Shown here piece by piece: positions 1 to 63,584 of a stretch of DNA of 64,000 nt. Made by a program: the position numbers and the translations under genes. The notes under the pieces were generated by a model, which was not told where the DNA came from, did no database searches, and saw nothing but the letters and a program-made list of their open reading frames with translations. Numbering within the stretch: position 1 is the first letter of the stretch; each line of letters starts with the position of its first letter. The stretch is taken from contig NC_043010.1 in assembly GCF_006345805.1 (NCBI RefSeq), forward strand, positions 41,726,001-41,790,000, written 5' to 3'. The stretch is from Octopus sinensis. Its lineage: Eukaryota.

Positions 1-330
1 TGCTGCACCTCTGGCAATACAGTTCTTGTTTATGGACAATTGCTCAACACACTCTGAAACACCCTTCTTCTCAGTTGCTTGTTCTGTTGTGATGACATTA
101 TTTACACAAATAGTCTTGGAGGAATAAGTTTAAAGAGGTTATATAAATTTTATACATTAAGTTCAGGCATGCAGTTAGCCGGTAATTCTGTTTTAGGAGA
201 CCAGTTTCATTTCTGCCAGAGTTAACCAGTGTGGTATACTAATATACCCATAGAGAGTTTGTTTACATAAGATAGAGCTGGTAAAGGTCATCTTCTTGTA
301 TCAGTATCTAACAATCAAGTTTTACTTGGC
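1..330 (-). mobile_element. decayed R4/Dong-like non-LTR RT fragment
   Basis: Minus frames give PHWLT.., NYRLTACLNLMYKIY and NNVITTEQA.EKKG..CVEQL, with frameshifts. Confidence 0.65.
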
Positions 331-1035
331 GCATTTCCACTCTAAAGTTTTTAAATTACTCTCGCAGGATCATCCCTATTGACGCAGAATGCATTGGTTA
401 TAATGCAGAAATAATAGTTAATTTCCCGAAAAATTTCTTATTTACTTTTGCAACGGTTTTGTGATTTTGTGGTTGCTAACGGCTTTTTTTTCTGGTTCCT
501 TCGATACTGGCTCTTTGGTTCACCAAGTGGAAAATTTCGCTTCAACCCATGCAAGTCTTTATTTTCCGTGAAAATTTCTTATTTACCTTCTCATCGTCAT
601 ATTAAGAAATATAATTTCCGTTACCCATTGTTTTCTATCTTCTGCACCCGAGTATTTCTGTATATGTATATAACCATGCCTAGAAGGAAAGTGTCAAATT
701 CGTCTACAATATCAAGGTCAGCCTAAATAATGTCCCTAAGTGTACGGATTTAAGTGAAACTTTTGAAGTTACTTCTGACAGTAAATTATGAACTTACTTT
801 TATCAGTAATTCTTCCCCCCCCCAATAAAAAAAAACACAAAACGTTGCAAAAGTAAATAAGAAATTTGTAGGAAAATTCAACGAAGTGTATGGATTGAAG
901 TGAAATTTATTAAATTACTTCTGTCAGTAACTAATGTATGAAATTACTTTCATCAGTAATTGTGAACTTCTTTCTGTAAGTAATTTGTTGTTATTGTTTT
1001 GTAAATAGCGATTGAAAACTTAGTGAAAACAATAC

Positions 1036-1036
<1 letters not shown>

Positions 1037-1101
<65 letters not shown>
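1037..1101. repeat. (GA)n microsatellite
   Basis: Seen directly. Confidence 0.98.
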
Positions 1102-1104
<3 letters not shown>

Positions 1105-1734
1105 GAGCACTAGCTTGTTAGCTAGTTTAGTTAGACAAATAAGATAAATGTAAAGAAGATATAGACAGATAGATACTGAGATAGATAGATAGACAGATGT
1201 AGGCATATAGATGGATAGAAATGGACAGACATATAGACAGAGAGATATAGACGTCATTGACACTAGAAAACGAGGTAAATATTCTAAAAAACTTTCAAAG
1301 ATGTGAATGTTAAATAAAAAGCAATATTCTTTATTTTTAATTTAAAAAATCAAATGAAGAGCCTAACATATGTCCGAGGTTAAATTATTCACGCATCACG
1401 AGTATGGAAGCAATTGGTGAAGCCGTTTTCGCGTGAAAAATGAATACACACATATCTCTATTTTATATATTAGAGGAGATTGTGATAATGTTTTTGATAA
1501 ATGGGTGCAAGGGAGACAACAAATTTCTGACAGTTACTTAGCAACGTAACCCAGTAACGGGTATTTTCTGCCCCCAGGGGCCCCATTACTTATCGTAAAA
1601 AAAATTAAGTGCCTAAAACAACCCCTAGAACATAAGTAATGTATGTTCACAGTTTGGAGAAAATCAGTTGAAAAACGCGGCCTTTATAATATTTTACACA
1701 TACACACACAGAACGGGATTTATATTATAGGTTA

Positions 1735-2245
1735 TACATTTTGAACTCATACCTGGTGTTACTCAGTTCGTTTGGGAGTGGGATCAGTACTATGCAAAAG
1801 AGTAATAGGGAGAGTGAGTTACCCTGAAAAATGCCTAATTTGATGTTGATGCTGTTGGATTGGCTTATCCCATTACTATGGTTTAGAAGGAGATGTGCAT
1901 TCCACTTGGTCATGCTACCTTGTTTTTGGTAGAAGGTGTATTGTTCCTTCAGCCAGCCGGGCAGGTATTTGCTCTGGGTTCTGGATGACACCAGTCAGGG
2001 ATGCAGCAAAATGTTGGTGTGGCTTGTTAAACAATTGGGCCAGAAGTTAGGGGTCCGGTCCATTCCTGGGGTTCTCCATTTGTGAGACTTTCTAAGAACA
2101 CAACTTAGCTCTTCTACTCATCTTGCCTCATATTTCTGCTCTTCAACTTCATCCAGTTTCACTTTCTCACGTTCTATCCAGTCAGCTTCAGCATTGTATT
2201 ATTTTTTGTTGCTCCATATCTTCTTCCAGAACTCTTCCATTTCCT
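1735..2245 (-). mobile_element. decayed R4/Dong-like LINE RT fragment
   Basis: IKLGIFQGNSLSLLLFCIVLIPL resembles the GIFQGDSLSPLLF motif. Confidence 0.75.
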
Positions 2246-2250
2246 CAGTC

Positions 2251-2627
2251 TTATTATTACTTCTACCTCAGCGAAGGCGGAGGTATTGTTTTCAGTCGTG
2301 TTTGTTTGTTTGTTTGTTTGTCCGTGGACAAGATATCTCAAGAACCGGTCGATGGATTCGGACGAAACTTTTAGGGATGTTTGGCTTCGTGAGTGGCACG
2401 AACTGATTAGATTTTGAGATCAATCCGGTAGCGGACAAGGATTCTGGATTATTTTCCTGGTTTTTTACTTAATTGTTGAGTGCTGTCGGGTTCATTTTTA
2501 GTATTCTCGTTTGTGAGAGCAGTCGAGTTTATTTCAGATATGCTCATTTTGAAAACCATCTCAGGCTAACCGTTGAGAGGATGTCGGTGTTTCTTTGGCG
2601 GAGCTGTGCGCTCTCTGAGTGCTCTTC

Positions 2628-2630
<3 letters not shown>
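2251..2630. mobile_element. Helentron/DINE-1-like non-autonomous element
   Basis: Starts ttctacctcagcgaaggcggaggtattgttttc, followed by (GTTT)n; typical HINE layout. Confidence 0.55.
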
Positions 2631-2671
<41 letters not shown>

Positions 2672-2684
2672 ATTATTATTATTA

Positions 2685-2718
<34 letters not shown>

Positions 2719-2740
2719 CATCATCATTTTTATTATTATT
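2628..2740. repeat. (TTG)n(TTA)n microsatellite
   Basis: Seen directly. Confidence 0.98.
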
Positions 2741-3884
2741 CGTCTGTTAAATAATTTCACTTAATTATTAATAAACATAAAGATTCCTAACTAGCTAGTA
2801 AAGCAATTCCATTTGTCCTTATTACCCGCTCACCAGTTGACCTTAATTTCTCAATCATCTTCCTCTCTGTTCATTTGTTGATGTTGCTCGGCAATCACGT
2901 TCGTTGAATATTTTATTACCATCTCTTGTGTTCTGTTTAGTTAGAATGGGAAGGGTTATGTTTATGACACTTAAAATTTTTAGCATCCTCTGTGAGTGAT
3001 AGACCAAAATCACCATGAAGCTAAGGACCTCATCCTAAGTTTTGAAACAATATGAACTCTGCTAAAGGTACCCACGGACCAGTCGATGCTGGTAATCCGA
3101 ATGATAATTTAGTCCAGCATCTAAGAACACAGAACGTAAAGATCCTGAACAATAACGAAAGGCATCTTAATAGACGCTCTAACTATTCTGTCGATCCACT
3201 GCTATGGAGTACAACTTTATTTTGTCAATTCTGAAAGGATGAAATGTAAAGTTATTTTGGCTAGCTTTGAACTCACAGCACTGAAAGCTGTAGCAAATAT
3301 CACTCAAATCTACGCTCTAACGACTCTGTCAATTCGTCATAGAGGCTCTGAAATGTATCATGACTAATTCATTAAATAACAAAACCAAAAATAAATCTTA
3401 ACCGGAACGTAAATCTGATCTTTGCAGGCAAAGAACAGAAATAGAAATGTTTCAGTCATGAAGTCTTCTTGATTAGTGACATATTTTTAAATATAGAAAA
3501 TAGTTTCGAATACATACATTTAGGCTAGTATAATTTGAATAATTAAAAAGCAAGAGGAGCGAACGGAAAGATTTCAGTTGGGTCAACAGTATGCATAAGT
3601 ATGTTAAGGGATAGTGTAGTGACTGCCAGCAAACAAAACAATCTATATTTTTGATATTTTCCTCTCTTTGTTGGGAGAATTACTGTTAGCTGTTTTTTTT
3701 TCTTTCTCTCATTGGGAGGGAAATGTTAGTTAAATATTTGTTGCGTCCGACATTTCGTACATCATCCGAATTTGTGAAATTGACCTATTTGAAATTTCTT
3801 TTTTATGATTATGCAAATTATATTGGTTATAGATAATTCATAACCCACTTCATTTTGTATATATAAATGTTAATTGACTGGCAG

Positions 3885-5134
3885 TCTGTATTAACCGTTT
3901 TGCAAGTAACCGGAAACATTCTCTGTAGGACAAGCCCGTTGTAGTTCAGGGTTCCGCCGCTAGGAGCCACTTGATGCGACACTCAAGCATTAGTCTGCCG
4001 ACTGGCGTCGTCGTGCAAAGTCGTACCGCCACGTGGTGCGTCTTTGTTCTGCTGTGCTTCTCCCCTGATCGTCGATTTTTGCGATGACTGAAACGAAAGG
4101 ACAGCGTGCTTCCGCGAAATTCTGTTTTCTGCCAGGGAAAAAGGTGGCTGAAACAGTTTTCTTGCTTCAAACAACTTACAAGGACACTGCCATGAGCAAA
4201 ACACATGTTTAGAAGTGATTTTCACGCTTTAGGAATGTCTCTTGAAGACCGACCTTATTCAGGGCGACCGTCGATCTTCCGAACGAATGAAAATATCACG
4301 TAAATTGGAGGACCGTCGCCGAACAATTGACGAACTTATTGTTATGACTGGTATGTCCTGGAGCTCCTGCCAACGAATTTTGAGCGAGGAATTGAGATTG
4401 AAAAGTGTTGCAGCAAAATTTGTGTCTCGGTCACGGAAGATTAAAAGCAGCCATGACCGAATGTGTGTTGTGAATTGAAAGAACAGTTGAAAGTTAACCC
4501 GGACTTTGTTTTCGAAAGTCATCACTGGTTACGAAAGCTGGTGTTATGGCTACGACCCGGAAACGAAGCAGCAACCAAGTCAATAGAAGCGTTCAATATC
4601 CCCACGCCCCACCGAAAGTGCGTCAAGCGAAGTTCAATATGAAGACAGTGCTGATTTGCTTCAACGAGAAAGGATTTGTCTACACAGCATTTGTTCCACC
4701 TGGTCAAACTGTTAACAAGACATTTTACTTGGTAGTTCAGAAGCATTTGCTAGGCATGGTGAGACGAAAACGCCCCGACCAGTGTCAAAGTGGAGAGTGG
4801 TGGTATCATCACGACAATGCACCTTCGCATACCGTCTTGAGTGTGAGAAAGTTTTTGATCAAAAATGGCATGACACCGTTTACCCACATTCTGCTCCCGA
4901 CAACATTTTTTGTTCCTTCGATTGAAAAACGTCCTTAAAAGAAAAACGTTTTGTAGATGTGGAAGATGTGAAGTAAGAAACGACGGAGGCGTTAAAAGGT
5001 ATCACTTCGCAGGAGTTCTAGGACTGCTTCGAACAGTGGAAAATAAATTGAAGGTGATAAAAGTATAAACATGTAAAACTAAATGAATAAAATAATATTG
5101 CAAAACTTTGATATTTTGGGGGTACCGGGTCGTA
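3885..5134 (+). mobile_element. Tc1/mariner transposon relic (disrupted transposase)
   Basis: EQRASAKFCF helix-turn-helix start, ESWCYGYDPETKQQ and WWYHHDNAPSHT motifs; ends ...tcgta. Confidence 0.88.
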
Positions 5135-5658
5135 CTAGATTGAAAGTGTCTAACAGTCCGTAATTGTCATTTGATGCAAACAATGATCAAAGTCTTCCTT
5201 CCCATAAGCACTGAAATGAATCTGCTTTTCTTTTAGCTGCTACTAACAGGTGATGGTATTTTTTCATTTACTCCAGCTAAAAGGAAAATTTCAATTAAGG
5301 AATTTTTGCGCACATCACTTCTTAACATGTATACGCAGATTAAAAAGAGTTGAAAACAATTGATACGGAGGGGCCTTGGCGAAGATATGCTTTTGCTCGA
5401 ACATTATTTTGATTATGTCTTTGTTCAGTTATATGTCAATCCTGATAAGAGCAAAATTAAAACGAAAGACATTTCAGTTGCCACCATGCTGTCTTTTAGG
5501 TATATTTTTACCTACCTGACAACAAATGCCCTACTATTATTTAAGAAGCTAAGGTGAGAATAGAGGGAGAGTTGACTGTTATTTGGCTATTTGTTTAGCG
5601 GAGGTTATTGTGTAATCCAATGAATTGTTTCTATTTGAATTATATTTTCATTTTGTAG

Positions 5659-55985
<50,327 letters not shown>

Positions 55986-55994
55986 AGAACACGC

Positions 55995-56000
55995 AATAAA
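55995..56000 (+). promoter_or_regulatory. candidate proximal polyadenylation signal AATAAA
   Basis: Hexamer about 10 nt after the stop codon; use as a signal is unproven. Confidence 0.3.
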
Positions 56001-56051
56001 GTAAAAGATGCTGCACTGCAGCTGCAGGAAATGAGTGTACTGTTGCTGCAG

Positions 56052-56090
<39 letters not shown>

Positions 56091-56149
56091 ACGTGGCAGC
56101 CAACATCTTTCAAGATTGTTGGCCTTCTTTTCTACTGTAGGCACAAATT

Positions 56150-56405
56150 CTAAAATGTTTGTGGAAAGGGAAAGTCGATCACATTTATGGACCCCGAAAG
56201 TATGAAAGTCGAAGTCTACCTCTCGGCGGAAATTGAACTCGGAACGTAATGACTAGCTAAATACCGCTAAGCATTTCGTATTATTACTACTACTACTACT
56301 ATTATCATTAGTAGTAGTAGTAGTACGAAATGCTTAGCGGTATTTCGCCAGTCGCTACCTTTTGAGTTCAAATTCCGCCGAGGTTGACTTTGCCTTTCAT
56401 CGTCT
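56150..56405. repeat. inverted SINE B fragments joined through (TAC)n/(GTA)n
   Basis: accgctaagcatttcgta...tacgaaatgcttagcggt. Confidence 0.75.
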
Positions 56406-57030
56406 CATCCCCCATCGTAGCACATTTTGTGAGTCCAAACTCCATCTTAATATCATTGGAGAAAATTCGCACAGACTGGTCTAGGCTGTCCAGTTCTGGG
56501 CTCAGTTTCTGTGAATAGCTTCGAGTTGTCCATGTGGTTCTGTTTTCCTTTACCTCTTCCCAGATCACACCCCAACTTTGTTTTCTGTGGTATTTCATTT
56601 AAGGCGATCATTCCCAGCACAAATATCAGTGAGGACACACTTCCCCCTGGAAAATACCTATCTTGATTTTCACCTCTCCTAATACTTGATTCCGTGCTGT
56701 CAATTCCATTCTCTTGCATTTCCTGCTATCCCATATAAGGCTTCTCATATTTTCTTCTACTCCACGAATTTCCATTGTTTTTATTATTCAAGAGTGTGGT
56801 ATCATATCTATTCATATCGTATGCTTTACGATAGTCAATCCATGCCATGCTCAGATTCGTGTGTCTTCTCTTGCAGCTCCTGGTAATTAGATTATCAAGT
56901 AAGAGCTGATCCTTCGTTCCCTGGTTCCTCATTCGGCACCTTTTCTGTTCAATAGGTAGCTACCCACTGTTTTCCAGATATCAATACAGATCGCCGACCA
57001 ACGCAACTGACATTAGTTTCCACATTAGCA
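56400..57030 (-). mobile_element. deleted R4/Dong-like RT fragment
   Basis: GTKDQLLLD...[10 protein letters not shown]; FSNDIKMEFGLTKCA. Confidence 0.85.
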
Positions 57031-57044
57031 TTATTACTATCATT

Positions 57045-58280
57045 AAGGCGGTGAACTTTCAGAATAGTTAGCACGTCGGGCAAAATGCTTAACGGAATTG
57101 CGTCCGAATTTACGTTTTGAGTTCAAATACCACCGGGATCGACTTCGCCTTTCATCCTTTCGAGATCGATAAATCAAGTATCAGTTGAGTACTGGGGTCG
57201 ATGTAATCGACTATCTCCCTCCTCTAAATTTCAGGCCTTGGGCCTTTAGTAAAAAAGATTATTATTATTATTATTGTTGTTGGTGGTGGCGAGCTGGCAG
57301 AATCGCTAGCGCAATGGACTAAATGCTTAACGGTATTTTGCCCATCGGCGAGCTGGCAGAAACGTTAGCACGCCGGGCGAAATGCTTAGCGGTATTTCGT
57401 CTGCGTTATGTTGTGAGTTCAAATTCCGCCGAGGTCGACTTTGCCTTTCATCCTTTCGGGGTCGATAAATTAAGTACCAGTTACGCACTGGGGTCGATGT
57501 AATCGACTTAATACCTATGTCTGTCCTTGTTTGTCCCCTCTGTGTTTATCCCCTTGTGGGTAATAAAGAAATAGGTATTTCGTGTACCGCTACGTTCAGA
57601 GTTCAAATTCCGCCGAGGTCGACTTTGCCTTTCATCCTTTCGGGGTCGATTAGATAAGTACCAGTTACGCACTGGGGTCGATATAATCGACTTAATCCGT
57701 TTGTCTGTCCCTGTGGCATTTCGCCCGTCGCTACGTTCTGAGTTCAAATTTCGCCGAGATCGACTGTGCCTTTCATCCTTTCAGGGTCGATAAATTAAGT
57801 GCCAGTTGAATACTGGGGTCGATGTTATCGACTATCCCCCTCCTCCAAAGATCCAGGCTGTGTAGAAATGATTATTAGGGCGGCAAACTGGCAGAATCGT
57901 TAGCATGATGGGTGAAATGCTTAGCGGTATTTTGTCTGCCGCTACGTTCTGAGTTCAAATTCTGCCGGGATCGACCTTGCCTTTCATCCTTTTGGGGTCG
58001 ATTAAATAAGTACCAGTTACGCACTGGGGTCGATGTAATCGACTTAATCCGTTTGTCTGTCTTTGTTTGTCCCCTCTGCGTTTAGCCCCTTGTGGGTAGT
58101 AAAGAAATAGGTATTTTGTCTGCCGCTACGTTCTGAGCTCAAATTTCGCCGAGAACGACTGTGCCTTTCACCTTTCGGGGTTGATAGATTAAGTACCAGT
58201 TGTGTACTGGGGTCGATGTTATCGACTGTTCCCCTCCCTACAAAATCCAGGCCATGTGCCTATAGTAGAAAAGATTATTA
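57045..58280 (+). repeat. tandem array of roughly 6-8 SINE B units
   Basis: The core is repeated with two alternative tails. Confidence 0.88.
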
Positions 58281-59074
58281 TCAAAACCTGATTTAACTTT
58301 GTTATGAAATCTAAATTGATTAAATGTGATTTATAAATTATGCTTGATTGCATTTTGAACCTTTGTTTACTTATTACACAGAAAGTGTATCTAATCAGTT
58401 TTCATTCAATCCTTTCTTACTTTCAATTCAATTTTATTTTCTTTCTCGTATGACTTTTAAAATAAATGTTAATTACAATATGAATACCTTCATATATATA
58501 TATGAAATAAATAAATGAACAATAAAACTAATTTTCTGGAAGAAATTTCTCCGTTTTTGTTTTTATATGATTCACTTCATTTCGGAGTCTCAAGACCTTT
58601 AATATTGTTTTCATGCTATTAGCATAATATTCTAGAGAAAATGCTTTTGTTAAAATGTATTCGTTGATTTGAGCTGCACATATCACCGTTTTCTGAGAAC
58701 TAGGTATGTTAAGAACGTAAATATTTCAGTTTAAAATCATTCAACCCTATTATGATATTTTTAACCGGTATTGATATTTCCGTAAAACGTTTCGCACAAC
58801 AAATTAGAATTGTTTACTAGGCTTTCGATTCAGCGTCAGACAAACTGTTTTTAACCCCCAATTAACTATATGTTTTTCATGCTGAAAGCAACCAAAGGAT
58901 AATTGTGAATACTTCTAATGTTGTTATTAGTTCTTAAATTCTAGTTGAAATTTTGTTAATATCAATTTGTTGAAAACACGCTTTTTCTGTTAAAACTTGA
59001 TATAATTTTACAGTTTTCATATATCTTATCTACATCTTTTATCTGTTCCTTGCTTCAGCAAGTGAACTGTGACC

Positions 59075-59290
59075 GTACTAAAGCACTTCACCGAACCGCT
59101 AAATTACGGGGATGCAAACATGCCAACACTGGTTGTCAAGCAATGAAGGAGAGGACACACACACACACACACACACACACATAAGGCAGCCTTCCACAGT
59201 TTCCGTCTACCAAATTCACCCAGAGCATCGGTCGGCCCGGCGGAGCTATAATGGAAGACACTTGCCCAAACCAAACCAAACCAGCGCCTA
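59075..59290 (-). repeat. SINE A, diverged and partial
   Basis: gaaccgctaa..gtcaagcaatg..tttccgtctacc. Confidence 0.7.
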
Positions 59291-59779
59291 TATGCTCATT
59301 AACCATAAAGATATTTTCTAACATTGACAAACGGTCTGAAATCCCAGTGACTTTTTTTCTGTATAAAAGAACATGCATTAGCCTTGTCACCACAATTGGA
59401 AATTTTTAATAACCAACTAACCATCTATTGTTATTTTAATTCACAGTTCACTGTTTACACTTAATTTATACAAAATGATTTAGCGGCAAATATATAAATG
59501 GTCCATTACAACAACACAGCTACGTTTATACATTTCTTTGACAAATCAACAAACTTTAATTATTTGATTTTATATAAATTTCTAATTAGTTTTGTTAGAT
59601 CTCCAATGTTATTATATCAAATTAGCTTTTTTAAAGATACTGGGCTTGATTTTTTACAAGCCAGTTCTCCCTTTAACTTTGAAAATATATATAAAAACTC
59701 GGTGCGGTTGCTAGTTTACTCATCGACCACCCGATAATGCAACAGGTTGTACTGGGTTACATGTTACCATAAGCGTTCA

Positions 59780-60030
59780 AGAGCGACCTCACCTCAAGTC
59801 CGACCTCACCTCAAGACCGACATGACCTTAAGAGCGACGTCTTTCTTGCCACTTGATTCTGATCATCATCCTATAACAGCAAGGACCAGATTATCACCGA
59901 GATATAAGAAAACTTACACGACAAAGAAAATTCCCTTTGCCTAGTTTACACTAAACACAAAAGAGAACACCAGGGAAAATTACGCAGTTGAAATTAGTAA
60001 CAGATACCATGCTCTCCAAGGTTAATCAGC
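59780..60030 (+). mobile_element. RTE-like endonuclease C-terminal fragment
   Basis: DSDHHPITARTRL...YAVEISNRYHAL. Confidence 0.55.
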
Positions 60031-60479
60031 CAACGAATTGTGTGGGAACACCATTGAAGTAAAAAGAAAAAAAAAAGAAAAAAAAACAGAATTCAACAAA
60101 CCTTTGAAACCGCGAAAAGTAAAGAGGGTTCCATGGAAAAACTAAGAAATGGTGGTTTTATATCCTGCGACAGGTTGGTGTACATAAATTATGTAGCGGA
60201 GGTTTAATCAATATGTTCACCCGACGTACTTCGCGAGACTACCAAAACACTCTCCTTTTCTTTATTTAGCCAAACAGGGCCTAACATAGAGGCAACAAAC
60301 AAGGATAGACAATGTAGGAGTAAAAAAAAACGAATGAAAGGGTTATGGAATTGAAAAAGGAAATGAACGCCACTCGTTGTGTGTGTGATACTTCTTTCCT
60401 TGATAAATCTTGTGCTGTTGCTGGGGGTGGGGGGTGACAGCCTCACTTCATGTCCTGGATCTTTTCGGCTTGAACGGCA

Positions 60480-60840
60480 GTTTTTTCTAGCGGTGTCATA
60501 TGAAATTGTCACCCATAATTATGACCCTAGTATCGATCTATTGTATTTCAATCTGTTTTAGGGTTAGGGTTAGGGGTGGAGGAAGGGTATCTTTTTTTCT
60601 TCACAAATGTAAATAAACCCAATCTGTTTCTTAAACGAGGGACATGTTCATACGACACAGAATGTTTTCACCTCAATAGACGTCGTTGATTGGTTTAAAT
60701 TGCAGAAACTGAAGAATAACAACAACAAATATCTTACAAACTATAGAATTTTCTCAAAAAAGCCAAGAGAAAAAGATGTTTTATAAACACATTCTACTAG
60801 TATACGAAATTTAAAAGTGTTTAGCTAGGTGGAAATTATT
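60480..60840. repeat. interspersed repeat containing (TTAGGG)3; related segment at 35600-35785
   Basis: Shared gacgtc.ttgattgg...aaattattttaaaaa. Confidence 0.65.
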
Positions 60841-61216
60841 TTAAAAAACTGCTATTCAAATCGAAAAGATCCCATGTCCTTTTCTCTTATACAGTTCTTT
60901 GTAATTTTGCATTTCCTTTTTGTTGATACGGATTTCTTGTTTCTTATCACCAACCGCAGCTGCAAAGTTCATTTTCTTCCATACTTCTATTACTTTGTCA
61001 ATCCTCTGCAGACTTCTCAGGTCCTCCCTGGACAAGGTCATAGGGGACGAACTAAGACTCTCATAGCCTATCTCCGCATTCACAGCGCTTTCCCCTTAAA
61101 CCGAGGGAAAACGCTAGCAGGACCGCCGCAAGGCAGCAAAAACAGAGTGTAGAAGAGCACATAACAACCGAACAACGTTACAATTACATGAAACGACGGT
61201 TAACAGAATAAAAAAG

Positions 61217-61447
61217 GTGACGAGCTGGCAGAAACGTTAGCACGCCGGGCGAAATGCTTAGCAGCATTTCGTCTGCCGCTACGCTCTGAGTTCAAATTCC
61301 GCCGAGGTCGACTTTGCCTTTCATCCTTTCGGAGTCGATTAAATAAGTACCAGTTACACACTGGGGTCGATATAATCAACTTAATCCGTTTGTCTGTCCT
61401 TGTTTGTCCCCTCTGTGTGTAACCCCTTGTGAGCAGTAAAGAAATAA
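61217..61447 (+). repeat. SINE B with agaataaaaaa target-site duplication
   Basis: The flanking duplication is visible. Confidence 0.85.
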
Positions 61448-63584
61448 GAATAAAAAAAGACTACCAAAACGCTCTCAATTTATTTATTTGGCCACACAAA
61501 GCCTAACATGGAGGGGACAAACAAGCATAAACAAAGTGGGGAAAAAAGAAAACCAATGAAAAAGATGGAATTGAAAAATGAAAAAAATGAAATGAACGCT
61601 ACTCGACCCCACAAGCGAGGAGTTTCATTCAATCTTTTCTTTTTTCAGCACATTAAATTGCTCTTTTTTTCCCTTTTTTTAATTTCATTTAATTTGCCAC
61701 AAGGGCAGCACACAGAGAGAAGCTTGCGGGCTCGACACAGACATTAATGGGATGAATGATAATGATGCAAGGATTATAAAGATGGGAGAAGACGAAGAGC
61801 GCCCGCCGACTTTCGCTTCTCTAAAACATTGTTCTTTTTGTGGAACGATATATGACCATCACCCCGCTGGTAAACCGCACCTCCATTGTCACGAACCTCA
61901 GCCCTCCGGCAAGGTAGGCAATGTCCCGCCAGACGGGTCCCAGTGTCTCTTCCACTTGTTTCCCTCCGCCACCACTTCCACCTTGTTGGATCTCGGGCTA
62001 CATGCTCTATATGCGATACCTCCTTCCCTGATACATCCTGTTCTGTCACTGGGAGGCGACATCACTACCTCGCGTTCTTCCTCCTCAACACTTCCCTTCT
62101 GCACCTTCTCCCTGCTGATACAGATTTCTTCATTCCTACCACCAACCGCAGTTGCAAATTTCATTCTCCTCCCCTCCTCCACCACCCGATCAATCCCATC
62201 CAGATATCCTCTCAGGTCCCCGTCGAACGACGCCATAAGCGACGAACCAAGACTCTCACAGTCCATCTCAGCATTCACAGTGCCCACACCCCAACCGTGA
62301 GAAAACGCCAGCAGCACCGCCGCAAAATTGCAAAAAACCGAGTACAGACAAAAACTCAACAGAAAAACGCCACACCTAGATGAAAGGAGCGAGCGACCCA
62401 CGCGAACTCGAAACCCGGGTATGACGTTAACAGGATAAAAAAGACAACCAAAACGCTCTCTATTTTCTTTATAATGAGCACATTGGCTTTACAAAAGAAT
62501 GGACGATACAAGGACAGACAACACAACACAGTGTGGGAACATAAGACATATAACGAATGGAATTATGAATATAATGAAAAATGAAATGTCTTACCTGCTC
62601 TCCATACGCCGGCAGTGTCATTTAACTGTTTACATATCACATTAACTTACAGTTCATTATTCCTTTTTTTTTTTGCATCATTTTTTTAAAAAGTCCTTAT
62701 TTAAAAATTCTTTAATATTTCACTTACTTTCTTTTATATTAGATAGTCTATTATGCTCTCAAATGCCACCAATGGTGGCAACTCGTCGAATCGAAACTGT
62801 AATGGAGATATATCTATCATTTCCCCGAGTAGTTCCTTCAACTTTTCACCTTTCTCTTTTACAAGCAAGACTGCTTTTAATCCTTCATTGTATTCATTGG
62901 GTGCTAACTTCACCCTAATTACATTTTTCATTTTGGTGATCTTTTTTTTCAGTCTCCACATTTTTTCTGTACTGTATCCTATGATACAGTTTTTTCGTAA
63001 GTGTTTTCCCTTCAGTGATTCTTTCTGATTTCCATCACTAATCTCATCATTCTCCAACTGAATTTGCTACGCTGTCTGATGAACGAACCTGAAGTATATA
63101 TATGTGTGTGTGTGGGTGTATGTGTTATGTCTGTGTTTGTGCCCTCATTACCGCCTGACAAGCAGTGTTGGTGTATTTACGTCCCCATTACTTGGCGGTT
63201 TGGCGAAAGAGGTTGATAGAATAAGTATTAGGCTTAAACAAATAAGTCCTGGGGTTGACTTGTTCCACTGAAACACTTCAAGGCTGCAGTCAAAACGGCT
63301 GACAGAAGTCAAACATTTAAACGAATAAAAGAATATACTCTCTCTTTTTACTCTTTTACTTGTTTCAGTCATTTGACTGTGGCCATGCTGGAGCACCGCC
63401 TTTAGTTGAGCGTATCGACCCCAGGACTTATTTTTTGTAAGCCTAGTACTTATTCAATCGGTCACTTTTGCTGAACCGCTAAGTTACGGAAACGTAAACA
63501 CACCAGCATCGGTTGTTAAGTGATGTTGGGGGGACAAACCCTGACAGACAAACACACACACATACACACACACACACATATATA

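Larger units (their letters stand above)
60235..63080 (-). mobile_element. head-to-tail array of three internally deleted Tx1/L1-like elements
   Basis: Homologous 3' ends at ~60235, 61458 and 62445; homologous 5'/ORF1 starts at 60840-61200 and 62110-62430. Confidence 0.6.

Noticed and set aside
730-990. Imperfect ~145-bp tandem duplication
   Set aside because: An ordinary internal repeat of a decayed element; no further structure
5360-5557. ORF with gccaccATG and a gtgag donor as the upstream prominin exon
   Set aside because: The donor is phase 2 whereas exon 5659 needs phase 1; the join gives an immediate stop
57045-58280. CRISPR-like array
   Set aside because: Units are ~200-bp SINE copies with no unique spacers, in a eukaryotic context
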